Shown here one piece after another: positions 41,622 through 50,889 of a DNA stretch of 64,000 bases. The notes below the pieces were generated by a model that was not told where the DNA came from, did not search any database, and saw nothing but the letters and a program-made list of their open reading frames with translations. Made by a program: the position numbers and the translations under genes. Origin of the DNA: Gammaproteobacteria bacterium (GTDB lineage: Bacteria; Pseudomonadota; Gammaproteobacteria; Eutrophobiales; Eutrophobiaceae); NCBI GenBank assembly GCA_963422205.2, contig CAXMWX010000005.1, positions 1-64,000 of the forward strand, read 5' to 3'. Position 1 is the first letter of the stretch, and each line of letters opens with the position of its first letter.

Positions 41622-43043
41622 TCACTTGACCTGTTCCGGCAGCTTGAACACCCGCACGGCCTCCACCAGCAAGGCGGAATAATTGACCAGCTTGTCTGCG
41701 TTGGCTGATTGCTCATGCAACTCGGTATTGGTCTTCTCCGTACTCTCCTTGATGACTTTTGCTCTTTCAGTAATCGCGGTCGTGGTTTTCGCCTGCTGCA
41801 TTGAACTGCCCGCTATTTGCTGCACCATCTCAACCAGGTTATTGGTCTGCTGCATGGTCTCCTGCATTTGTTCACCCGCCTTACCGGCCAGTTGCGTGCC
41901 AGCAACCACTTCGCTGATCGCACTGTTCATGGTGGTGACGGCATCGGAGGTTTCGGTCTGTATATTGTTCACCAGTGAGGCGATCTGTGCGGTTGCTTCA
42001 CGTGAGTTCTCCGCAAGACGCTGAACCTCATCCGCAACAACGGCAAAGCCACGCCCGGCCTCACCAGCAGAAGCCGCATGCATACTCGCATTCAAGGCGA
42101 GAATATGGGTACGTTCAGCAATGCTGTTAATCAGGCTGACCACGCTGCTGATCTCCTGTGAACGCTCACCCAGTCTTTTGATACGTTTTTCTGTCTCTCG
42201 AATGGTCTCGCGGATAGTATTAATCCCCTCTACTGTACCAAGCACCGTCTCTTTGGCCTTTGAGGTGGTGTTGGTTGCATCATCCGCTGCCTTGTTACAG
42301 GTCTGCGCCAGTTCGGCGATCTGCCGCATGGCTTCTGCTGCTGATAATAACTCGGCATTGGCGAGATCGACTTCAATACTTTCCTTATTGGCCAGTTCAA
42401 GTGCCTTGTCGGAGTGATTTTTTACTGACTGGCAGCTATGTGAAATGTCATCGGACATGGTGCGTACACCCTGCAATACCTGGGCGATCTCATCTGCCAG
42501 GATGTTTAATGAGTCGGCAATCGGTGCGGTGGCATCTTCATTCACATCCACTCGTGCGGTGAGGTCTTTCTGGCTTAGCTTGTAGACGCCGTGTAATAAC
42601 TTGACCACGGCATTATTCAGGGCTTCATTTTCCTGTTTTGAGCGTTGTTCAATATTGACTATCTCATCCAGGATGGCATCCAGCGTTGTGCCGACGGCCC
42701 CTATCGGATCGCCATCGCCCAGGCCAGTGCGGGTATCCTGCTGTCCATCCAGCACGTTTTTCAAGGTCGACATGAGGCAATCAAGCGATGTGCCAAGGCG
42801 GCGTCTCGTTTTTATACTGGCGATCAGCAAATAGATGATGATAAGGAAAGCTGCCAGCAGCATGGCCATATCCACAACCTGCAATTCACCTTGCAGCAGA
42901 TGGATATTGGCGATAAAACGCCAACTGACCATGACAGAGATGATCGCACAGAGCAGCAGACCTGTGGTTAGAAAATTCAATCTCCTGAGAATGGGAAATT
43001 CCCCCTCATGGTGAGTGTCTGCTTGTGATGGTAAAAACGTCAT
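41622..43043 (-). CDS. Methyl-accepting chemotaxis protein (PilJ-like signalling domain, minimal sensor loop)
   Basis: IKRLGERSQEI and ILALNA...AGEAGRGFAVVADEVQRLAE; two closely spaced N-terminal TM helices. Confidence 0.93.
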   Translation of the reverse strand: MTFLPSQADTHHEGEFPILRRLNFLTTGLLLCAIISVMVSWRFIANIHLLQGELQVVDMAMLLAAFLIIIYLLIASIKTRRRLGTSLDCLMSTLKNVLDGQQDTRTGLGDGDPIGAVGTTLDAILDEIVNIEQRSKQENEALNNAVVKLLHGVYKLSQKDLTARVDVNEDATAPIADSLNILADEIAQVLQGVRTMSDDISHSCQSVKNHSDKALELANKESIEVDLANAELLSAAEAMRQIAELAQTCNKAADDATNTTSKAKETVLGTVEGINTIRETIRETEKRIKRLGERSQEISSVVSLINSIAERTHILALNASMHAASAGEAGRGFAVVADEVQRLAENSREATAQIASLVNNIQTETSDAVTTMNSAISEVVAGTQLAGKAGEQMQETMQQTNNLVEMVQQIAGSSMQQAKTTTAITERAKVIKESTEKTNTELHEQSANADKLVNYSALLVEAVRVFKLPEQVK

Positions 43044-43058
43044 GGGCTTAACCCCCCG

Positions 43059-43595
43059 TTAGTCAGTGAAACTGCTGAATACTTCCTGAAACAGCCCGTC
43101 AAAATCCACATCCAGCCATATATCCTCTGCATGTAGAAAAGCGGTTTTTGTGTGGTTCTGCAAAATATCAGCCAATGGTGGCAGGGCATCGACTGGCCTG
43201 CTGGCATCCACGACAACCGGCAGATCATCAATGCTGATACCGACACTTTTGCTGCCCTCACCAATCATCAACACCCAGCGGCCAGGCTGATCAGCACCGG
43301 TATCGAGCAGCATATCCATGTTGATCACCGGTATGAGATTGCCGCGCACATTAATCATGCCCCGAAACCATAACGGCGTATTGGGTATCGGACAGGGGCC
43401 AGGGGCATCAATGACTTCAGATTTTTCACCGCCTGCCAGCAACAAGCCCATCGTCCCGACCATAAATCCATAGCGTGATGTTTCAACCTCTTCAGCCCGG
43501 TAGACATCCAGTTTATCCGGGCGGGCGGTGAAACGGGTCAACGCCTCGCTCGGTAACAGCAGACCATCGGGCAGGTTATCGTTACGCTGTGACAT
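43059..43595 (-). CDS. CheW/PilI-like adaptor
   Basis: IPNTPLWFRGMINVRGNLIPV motif. Confidence 0.88.
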   Translation of the reverse strand: MSQRNDNLPDGLLLPSEALTRFTARPDKLDVYRAEEVETSRYGFMVGTMGLLLAGGEKSEVIDAPGPCPIPNTPLWFRGMINVRGNLIPVINMDMLLDTGADQPGRWVLMIGEGSKSVGISIDDLPVVVDASRPVDALPPLADILQNHTKTAFLHAEDIWLDVDFDGLFQEVFSSFTD

Positions 43596-43678
43596 CGTTA
43601 TTGATGGCTATGGCAGGCAACACCGATCAGCAGTTAATACCGGTCTGTTGCCAGGAACAATGTGCCGGGGCACATGGA

Positions 43679-44485
43679 TTATTCAATATCAAGATACTCA
43701 CTGATGACCTCTTTGAAGATCCCCGGATTAACCGGCTTGATCATATAGGTATCACACCCTGCCAGTTTGCCTTTCACCTTATCGGCTGGCGATGAATTAC
43801 TGGTCAGCATAATCACCGGGGTCTCGGCCTTGTTTGGATCCTGCTTGATCATCTTGCAGATGTCATAGCCATCAACCCCCGGCAGCACCACGTCCAGAAA
43901 CACAATATCATAACGATTACCTTTTATAAGGGCTTCTGCCTCCTCACCGCTTTCCGCAAAATCTATTTTGCTGGCGATGCTCTGTAGTGCTTTTTTCATC
44001 TGAATGCGAACTGGCAGACTGTCATCAACGACCAGCGCGCTGATGGCATTGCCAGCCGCCTGGGTGCCATCGCCCTGCCCGTCTGTTGCACTGCCTGACT
44101 CACCCTCAAAGATCGAGGGCACAGCATAGCCATGCTCATCGATCACCGTCTCTTCCAGCAAGGACAGCAGGCGGGTGGCGACCAGGGGCTTGGCGGTATA
44201 ATGGTTGGTGTCATTCGGATTGGCCGGCGGGATCGACTCACATAGCATGATGGTGGAGATGACATTGCCCTCGCCATAGCGTTTAAGGTAAGCACCCCAG
44301 CGGCGCACGGCATCCGGGTTGTCTGCATCAACAATCAGGATGTCGGCATATTTCCTGCCCGACAGGGCTTCAAACAGATCAAAGGATGGCGTACGATTTT
44401 TAGCCAGTGCCATCGCCGTGGACAAGATGTTTTGATCATGTGTTTTAAACCCAATGGATGCAACGGCAAATATCGTCTCACTCAT
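43679..44485 (-). CDS. Response regulator (degenerate N-terminal REC-like domain plus PilG-like C-terminal REC)
   Basis: LVVDDS, FLDVVLPGVDGY, IMLTS and GKLAGCDTYMIKP motifs. Confidence 0.88.
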   Translation of the reverse strand: MSETIFAVASIGFKTHDQNILSTAMALAKNRTPSFDLFEALSGRKYADILIVDADNPDAVRRWGAYLKRYGEGNVISTIMLCESIPPANPNDTNHYTAKPLVATRLLSLLEETVIDEHGYAVPSIFEGESGSATDGQGDGTQAAGNAISALVVDDSLPVRIQMKKALQSIASKIDFAESGEEAEALIKGNRYDIVFLDVVLPGVDGYDICKMIKQDPNKAETPVIMLTSNSSPADKVKGKLAGCDTYMIKPVNPGIFKEVISEYLDIE

Positions 44486-44697
44486 TATCGCACCATTAAA
44501 ATATTCTTTATTCTGTTTAACACCTTATCGGGCGCAGGTCGTAATACAGCACTGACAGGCAATACCGGCTGCCGGCAGGCGCTTATCAGGCTTATGAAGT
44601 ATACACCAATACGACTGTTTTACAGCAGCACATTGAGGTAATCCGTGTATGCAGGCGATGCCTGAACAAGGAAGTCAATGAAAATTCAAGCGGGAAT

Positions 44698-46302
44698 TTA
44701 AGCCCATTCCTTCCAGTTCAATCCCATGAGTAAATCTTCGGTGCTTTGAAAACGCTCATCCGGGTCTTTACACAGTAAACCATCGAGCAGTGGTTGCAGG
44801 GATAAGAATTGTTCGGGGAGCTTGGGGATAGGTGCAGAGAGGTGGCGTTCAAACACGCTCATGGGCGTGCCGCCGGTATACGGATGCTTGTTGGTCAGCA
44901 TTTTATACATGATGATGCCAAGGCTGTAGATGTCGCTGCGCTGATCAGCTTTGCCACCTTCTATCTGTTCAGGGCTGATGTAGTATAAGGTGCCCATAAG
45001 CTGCCCATCCATGGTCAGCCCCTGCTTGATTTGATTTTCTGCCTCCAGGTCTTTTGCGATCCCAAAATCTGTCACCGCTAACTCATCTGCAGAACGAAAC
45101 AGGATATTCGCCGGCTTCATATCCCGATGCACGATGCCGAGGGCATGGGCGGCTCCCAGACCTTCAGCAATCTGATGTAAGTAGGAAATTGCCGTTTTCC
45201 CATCTATGCCGGCCTTTAATCGCTCGGCCAAATCGCCATGACTGAAATATTCCATGGCGATATATGCAAAATCGCTGGCAAATGCACGCTCGTGAATCTG
45301 CACGACATTGGGATGATCAATCTGCCCGATTATCTTGTATTCCCGCATGAAACGCCTTAACAGCCCGGAACCCCCCTGCTCTCCCAGCGACAGCACCTTC
45401 AACACCACTTTTAACTGATCTTCCTCTCGTTCTGCCAGATAGATAGAGGCCATGCCCCCTTCGCCAATTTTTTTCTCCAGACGATAGCCCGGCACCTCGA
45501 TGGGAATATCCTTCGCTGTGCATGGCCGGCGAGTCACAGAACCCGCCCCTGCCTTGCTGATGGGGCGTCTTTTCGATATCAGTCTGCTCGGCGTCGAACT
45601 TGCCAGCACCTTATCTGTTGCCTCTGCTCTCTGCTGTACCTTCCCTGCTTTGCGCTGGGTTTTCCTTACCCTCTGCCGTGCTTTTGCTGCTTTGTGTTGT
45701 GTTTTCTTTGCCTTCTGCTGTCCGCTGCTGTCCTGCTTGCTTTGCTGTCTCCTGCTGGTAATCTCTGACATCTCCTCGCTGCTCAACAAGACCGTGCGCT
45801 CATGCTCATCGGCTTTCGCTGTGCCTGCAAGCTGCATGGCGAGGTGTTTCTCCTGTGGGCTTAACACCCGTGTCCTCTCCGCCTCATCCTTGTCAGCCTC
45901 ATCGTCCGCTGCGCCTGCCCGGCTGCTCGCCAGCACTTTTTTTACCCGCTCGGAAAATAACTCTGGCGTGATGTGATCTTTACTCAGAAAATCATCGGCA
46001 CCCAGTTTATGCACCTTGGCCTCCAACTGCTTACTGTCATAGCCGGTAAAGAATATTATGGGTGGCGTATTGGGCTGTTGCTTCAGCTGCCTCAACCAGT
46101 GCAGGCCGTTTTGACCTTCCAGGCCAAGATCATAATCAAGCAAAATCAAACCGTATCTGGACCAGTTAAAATCATGCTCCGGCAGCCCGCATTCAGGATC
46201 ATAACTTTCAACGATGACATCGGGGAACTTCAAGTGCTTGCAAAAATGAATAAGACGCTCGGCATCTGTTGCATCATCTATGATTAATATCCTGTCTAAC
46301 AT
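44698..46302 (-). CDS. Receiver domain-Ser/Thr protein kinase hybrid with a long Lys/Arg-rich linker
   Basis: LIIDD...LLDYDLG; IGEGGMA, VVLK, HRDMKPAN, DFG and GTLYYISPE motifs. Confidence 0.93.
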   Translation of the reverse strand: MLDRILIIDDATDAERLIHFCKHLKFPDVIVESYDPECGLPEHDFNWSRYGLILLDYDLGLEGQNGLHWLRQLKQQPNTPPIIFFTGYDSKQLEAKVHKLGADDFLSKDHITPELFSERVKKVLASSRAGAADDEADKDEAERTRVLSPQEKHLAMQLAGTAKADEHERTVLLSSEEMSEITSRRQQSKQDSSGQQKAKKTQHKAAKARQRVRKTQRKAGKVQQRAEATDKVLASSTPSRLISKRRPISKAGAGSVTRRPCTAKDIPIEVPGYRLEKKIGEGGMASIYLAEREEDQLKVVLKVLSLGEQGGSGLLRRFMREYKIIGQIDHPNVVQIHERAFASDFAYIAMEYFSHGDLAERLKAGIDGKTAISYLHQIAEGLGAAHALGIVHRDMKPANILFRSADELAVTDFGIAKDLEAENQIKQGLTMDGQLMGTLYYISPEQIEGGKADQRSDIYSLGIIMYKMLTNKHPYTGGTPMSVFERHLSAPIPKLPEQFLSLQPLLDGLLCKDPDERFQSTEDLLMGLNWKEWA

Positions 46303-46397
46303 GGCAATACTCTGCTCATCTCACCGTCATGCAAGAGACAACATCCTCTGCATATAGCTGGCGACTGACCGGCACGCCCGGGCTGACAAGCCGCAAA

Positions 46398-46958
46398 TTA
46401 AAATAATTCCACATCGCCTTTATCCAGGGATTGTTGTTTTACCGGATTACTTAATTGCATGGCATGGCTGACTGCCGCTATATCGGCCCGACATTTTTTT
46501 AACACCGACATTATCTCGGCACTGTCCTGCCCTGTCGATTGATACAAGACCTCCACCTGCTCATGAATAGCGACAAACATTTTTTCTATTTCACCGACAC
46601 GTAAACAGGCATGGTTAATCAGTTGCTGCAAGATATCCTCAAACTGCAAGGCGCGCACGGCATTGCCGACAGATGAGCTGATCTCATTGGTGGTCAATAA
46701 CAGGTGTTCTATGTCACTCTCATCCTCATGCTGTTGCACCTGCACGGCGCACTTTCGCAACTCGGCGCTTTGTTGTGCCAACTGGTAACTCATGGTACCG
46801 AAACATGCACGCAGATCACCTGCCGCCTCCCGCAACATCTTGCTCATGCGTTCAAGATCACTCCCCATGACCTGCTGTTCACGAATGACAATATGGCAGA
46901 CATCATCAGACAGGGCATGCAGTGACTGCATTAATTGGTTATGTCCGTTTTCACTCAT
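46398..46958 (-). CDS. Short cytoplasmic chemotaxis protein (MCP-tail/CheZ-like helical bundle)
   Basis: AVRALQFEDI..Q...H motif and C-terminal NPVKQQSLDKGDVELF. Confidence 0.65.
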   Translation of the reverse strand: MSENGHNQLMQSLHALSDDVCHIVIREQQVMGSDLERMSKMLREAAGDLRACFGTMSYQLAQQSAELRKCAVQVQQHEDESDIEHLLLTTNEISSSVGNAVRALQFEDILQQLINHACLRVGEIEKMFVAIHEQVEVLYQSTGQDSAEIMSVLKKCRADIAAVSHAMQLSNPVKQQSLDKGDVELF

Positions 46959-47177
46959 CTTTATTCATACAGTGCAGCGATGCGGATGCGGCATGCCATA
47001 GCACGTCTACCGGTTTTTCCATCCAGCATCTTAAAGAAACTCTCACGTTAAAGACAGAAAACGACCCCACTTGGCTGGCAATAATAGCGGGTACTGGCTT
47101 GTCAAGCTATTAAAAATTGACCAATACGCCAGGACTGCCCGGCCGCCGCCGCTCAAACGAAGCCAGGGCACAGCCCC

Positions 47178-48299
47178 TCAGCTTAACTTGCCCAGCTCTA
47201 TCAGATGCGGTGCAATGGCCGGCAAGCCCAGCACCAGGCTGGCCGCTTCCAGCCTCACGGCCTCCCCCGGCATCCCCCAAACCACACTGGTAGCCTCATC
47301 CTGGGCAATGGTTGTTGCCCCGGATTCAAGCATCTCTTTCAGGCCGCGCGCGCCATCGGCTCCCATGCCGGTGAGGATAACGCCGATGGCATTGGTCGCT
47401 GCGCTTTCAGCGACCGAGCGAAACAAGACATCCACCGAGGGTTTATGCCGGTTCACCGGCGGGCCGTCATGTAATTGACAGCGATAACGGGTACCATCCC
47501 AAACTAACAGCAGGTGTTTATTCCCCGGGGCGAGATAGGCATGGCCGGGCATGACCGGCTCGCCATCCGTTGCCTCAGATACCGTGACCTGACACAGGCT
47601 GTTCAAACGTTCAGCGAATGAGGTGCTGAAGACCGGCGGGATATGCTGGCTGATCAAGATGCCCGGGCTGTCAAGTGGCATTTGCAGCAGAATCTCTCTA
47701 ATCGCCTCGGTGCCGCCGGTTGAGGCGCCCATGGCAATAATTCTCTCCGTGGTGTTAAATTTTCTGACATTGGCCGGTCGCTGTAACACCGCGGTGGCAG
47801 AATACTTGACATCTATCTCATCCGTGCCTGTGCCAGCACCTGGCTCTGGCGGCGCTGGCTTGTCCTCTGCCATGAGGTGCCTCGGCCTGACCTTCGCCTG
47901 TGCCGCATTCTTGACCTTGGCAATGATCTCCTCTGAATAATTGATCAGATCGTTGGCAACATCCACTTTGGGCTTGCCGATAAAATCGATCGCCCCCAAG
48001 GATAATGCCTCTAATGTCACTTCAGCGCCTTTTTCAGTCAGGGAAGAGACCATGACAACAGGCAGCGGGCGCAAACGCATCAGCTTACGCAGGAAACTCA
48101 TCCCATCCATCTTGGGCATTTCCACATCCAGGGTAACGACATCAGGATTAAGCTCTTTTATCTTGCGTCTGGCAATCAGGGGATTCATGGCCGAGCCCAC
48201 CACCTCAATCGCCGGGTCGGATGAGAGCACCCGGGTCAGGATACGTCTGACTAACGCTGAATCATCAATAATAAGTACACGAATCCTGTTCATGGGCAT
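47178..48299 (-). CDS. cheB: Chemotaxis response regulator protein-glutamate methylesterase
   Basis: REC domain plus [19 protein letters not shown] and LTGMGADG motifs. Confidence 0.96.
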   Translation of the reverse strand: MPMNRIRVLIIDDSALVRRILTRVLSSDPAIEVVGSAMNPLIARRKIKELNPDVVTLDVEMPKMDGMSFLRKLMRLRPLPVVMVSSLTEKGAEVTLEALSLGAIDFIGKPKVDVANDLINYSEEIIAKVKNAAQAKVRPRHLMAEDKPAPPEPGAGTGTDEIDVKYSATAVLQRPANVRKFNTTERIIAMGASTGGTEAIREILLQMPLDSPGILISQHIPPVFSTSFAERLNSLCQVTVSEATDGEPVMPGHAYLAPGNKHLLLVWDGTRYRCQLHDGPPVNRHKPSVDVLFRSVAESAATNAIGVILTGMGADGARGLKEMLESGATTIAQDEATSVVWGMPGEAVRLEAASLVLGLPAIAPHLIELGKLS

Positions 48300-48307
48300 G
48301 GCTGAGG

Positions 48308-48979
48308 TTATGGCGTGAATATATCGACTTCGCCACTGAGCTGCTGGTTTTCCAGCTTGCGAATATAGGCCCGCTCCCGTTCAATCAGTGTGTTGTTATG
48401 CACTTTGTAGAAATGCTTTACCCTGACCCTGCCGGAGCTGGGATAATAATTTATTTTTCTCGGCCAGATCCCGCCCACATCAGCGCTGATCACCTGATAC
48501 CCTTCCTTGGCGATAAAATCCCTGACGAAATCAATATTCATCTGGCCGATGTTGGTATTAATATCCAGCACTTTTGCCCCGCCAAACAGTTTGATTTCGA
48601 AATTTTTCCGGCTGCCGCCACAGGCCAGAATGGCGTTGATTAATCTCTCCATCGCCACATTGCCATAACGTGTGCCGAGACTGACAGGCGTATTGGTCCA
48701 CTCATCCTGCCTGTAATCACGCAACACGGGCAGCATAAAATGATTCATCCCGCCGATACGGCTGATCTTGTCACGGATACAGGCGGTCACACACGACCCC
48801 AGCACCGTGCTGATCATCTCTCCCTGGCTGGTGACATAATACTGGCCTGGTGTGATCTTGGCGGAATAAATATGATTTTTTGCATCCCAGAACCGATGGA
48901 TATGCTCAAAGCCCGGCAAAACAGACGGCAGGTTGCCATCGTCAATGCCATGGTCATGGATATCATCGCTGGCGCCCAT
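48308..48979 (-). CDS. cheD: Chemoreceptor glutamine deamidase
   Basis: [27 protein letters not shown] and KLFGG motifs. Confidence 0.95.
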   Translation of the reverse strand: MGASDDIHDHGIDDGNLPSVLPGFEHIHRFWDAKNHIYSAKITPGQYYVTSQGEMISTVLGSCVTACIRDKISRIGGMNHFMLPVLRDYRQDEWTNTPVSLGTRYGNVAMERLINAILACGGSRKNFEIKLFGGAKVLDINTNIGQMNIDFVRDFIAKEGYQVISADVGGIWPRKINYYPSSGRVRVKHFYKVHNNTLIERERAYIRKLENQQLSGEVDIFTP

Positions 48980-49827
48980 CAGCTTATCTTCCGATGTATG
49001 GTGTTGCCAAGAGACCGGAAACGCTCAGAGACACCAAACAGGCTCTCGGAGTGGCCAATAAACAAATGCCCGTCTTTGATCAGCAGATCATGGAAACGGG
49101 CGATGAGATTCTGCCGCATCTCCCGTTCAAAATAGATCACCACATTACGACAGAAGATGATGTCGAACGGCCCGCGCATAGGCCAGGCAGTATCGGCAAG
49201 GTTCAGACGTTTGAAGTGAATCATCGCCTTGATCTCATCGGCCACAGTCACCAGCCCATCGTTCCTGCCACGGCCTTTGCGGAACCAGCGTCTGTGCTGG
49301 GACAGCGAAGAGTCATCGAGTTTTTCGGTGGTGTACACACCGGCCCTGGCCTGCTTGAGAATGCCGGAATCCAGATCAGTCGCCAGGATTTTTATATCCC
49401 AGTCCCCGGTAAACAGGCGGCTCTGCTTAATCGTCATGGCGATTGAATACGGCTCTTCACCGGAAGAACAACCGGCAGACCAGACCCGTATGCGCTTGTT
49501 GTTCTGCTCTGTTTTATGCTTGAGGATTTCGGGTAAGGCACTGTTTAACAAATACTCAAAATGATGATTTTCACGGAAAAACGCCGTGACGTTAGTCGTC
49601 AGGGCATTGATACACTGCACCAGCTCCTCATCATTGTCCTGCTGTAACAGGCGACAATATTGCTCGAATGAATCAAGCTCCAGATGCCGCAGCCGCTTGG
49701 CCAGCCGCCCATAGATCAACTCACGCTTGGAGACCGGCAGGTGGATACCCACGCGTTCAAGCATCAGATTGCTGATGAACCGGTAATTCTCATCAGTAAA
49801 CGTGAACCTCTGCATTGGCCCAACCAT
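48979..49827 (-). CDS. cheR: Chemotaxis protein methyltransferase
   Basis: TTNVTAFFRE, VWSAGCSSGEEPYS, IFCRNVVIYF and IGHSE motifs. Confidence 0.96.
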   Translation of the reverse strand: MVGPMQRFTFTDENYRFISNLMLERVGIHLPVSKRELIYGRLAKRLRHLELDSFEQYCRLLQQDNDEELVQCINALTTNVTAFFRENHHFEYLLNSALPEILKHKTEQNNKRIRVWSAGCSSGEEPYSIAMTIKQSRLFTGDWDIKILATDLDSGILKQARAGVYTTEKLDDSSLSQHRRWFRKGRGRNDGLVTVADEIKAMIHFKRLNLADTAWPMRGPFDIIFCRNVVIYFEREMRQNLIARFHDLLIKDGHLFIGHSESLFGVSERFRSLGNTIHRKIS

Positions 49828-49866
49828 GACCTTAGCCAGGGGCCAGGAACGATAATGTTGTCAGGC

Positions 49867-50331
49867 TCATACCGGCAGGCCCAGGGGCTCAGTCAGCCCC
49901 AGTAACGCCGCCGTATCGGTGAAGGCTTGTGAGGGTTGCAACAGCGTGCAATCCCGGTTTTGTGCCTGTCGCTGGCGGATGAAGGCCAGCAATAACTGCA
50001 AACCGGCGGTATCAATCATCTGCACACCGCCAGCATCAATGCAAACCGTCGCCTGTTGATCACCATGTACCATGAGCGTCTCTTTCAAAGCCGCCACATC
50101 AGCGATGGTGATGACTGTGGCCAGCGAGATGGTTATCGTCTCATCTGCCATCGTGCTGCCATCAGACGGGGCAGCCTGTGTCTTCTGCCCCTGTGTCTTC
50201 TGTTTTGAACTGGCGACTTTTTTGCCGGTTTTTTTCCTCGTTCGGGGGCGGGTTGCCGGCCTGGCCGCATCGGCGCTGCCAGCCGCCGCATTCGAGCGCT
50301 GGATGCGGCCGGTCTTTTTTTTCGCTGTCAT
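49867..50331 (-). CDS. STAS domain protein with a basic disordered N-terminus
   Basis: IDAGGVQMIDTAGLQLL...AALLGL motif. Confidence 0.85.
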   Translation of the reverse strand: MTAKKKTGRIQRSNAAAGSADAARPATRPRTRKKTGKKVASSKQKTQGQKTQAAPSDGSTMADETITISLATVITIADVAALKETLMVHGDQQATVCIDAGGVQMIDTAGLQLLLAFIRQRQAQNRDCTLLQPSQAFTDTAALLGLTEPLGLPV

Positions 50332-50367
50332 GTCGTGCTTATCTCAGCCTGTTGCGGCGGGCAGGAT

Positions 50368-50877
50368 CTAAGGACTGCTCGGCAACTCTGCCAGCAAACC
50401 GGCATTGACCAGGGCATCGATCTCCAGCAGGATGATCATCTTCTCATCGATGGTTGTCAGTCCCCGGATAAACTCCACATTGATGGCGCCTCCTATATCA
50501 GGCGTCTCGCTGATCGCATCCCCGACCACGTTGTATACCTCAGAGACCGCATCCGCCACCATGCCGACTGTACGCAGATGCCCTTCGTTTTCTATCTTGA
50601 CCACGATGATCACGGTCGTGGTATGAAATTCCGCCTGTTCCAGCTGAAACCGGCGGCGCAAGTCCATCACCGGCACGATCGTGCCGCGCAGATTGACAAC
50701 GCCCAGCACATAATCCGGCGTGTTCGGGATGGTGGTGACCGGCTCCCAGCTGCGTATTTCCTGCACCTTGAGGATGTCAATACCGTACTCTTCCGCCCCC
50801 AGCTTAAAGGTCAGGAACTGGCTGGTGCCGGCCTGCTGCTCGGCTGATAACATATCGGTTGGTGATATCTCGGTCAT
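50368..50877 (-). CDS. cheW: Chemotaxis adaptor CheW
   Basis: QFLTF.LG.EEYGIDILKVQEI and GVVNLRG.IVPVMDLR motifs. Confidence 0.96.
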   Translation of the reverse strand: MTEISPTDMLSAEQQAGTSQFLTFKLGAEEYGIDILKVQEIRSWEPVTTIPNTPDYVLGVVNLRGTIVPVMDLRRRFQLEQAEFHTTTVIIVVKIENEGHLRTVGMVADAVSEVYNVVGDAISETPDIGGAINVEFIRGLTTIDEKMIILLEIDALVNAGLLAELPSSP

Positions 50878-50889
50878 TGCCCCTCCTGA

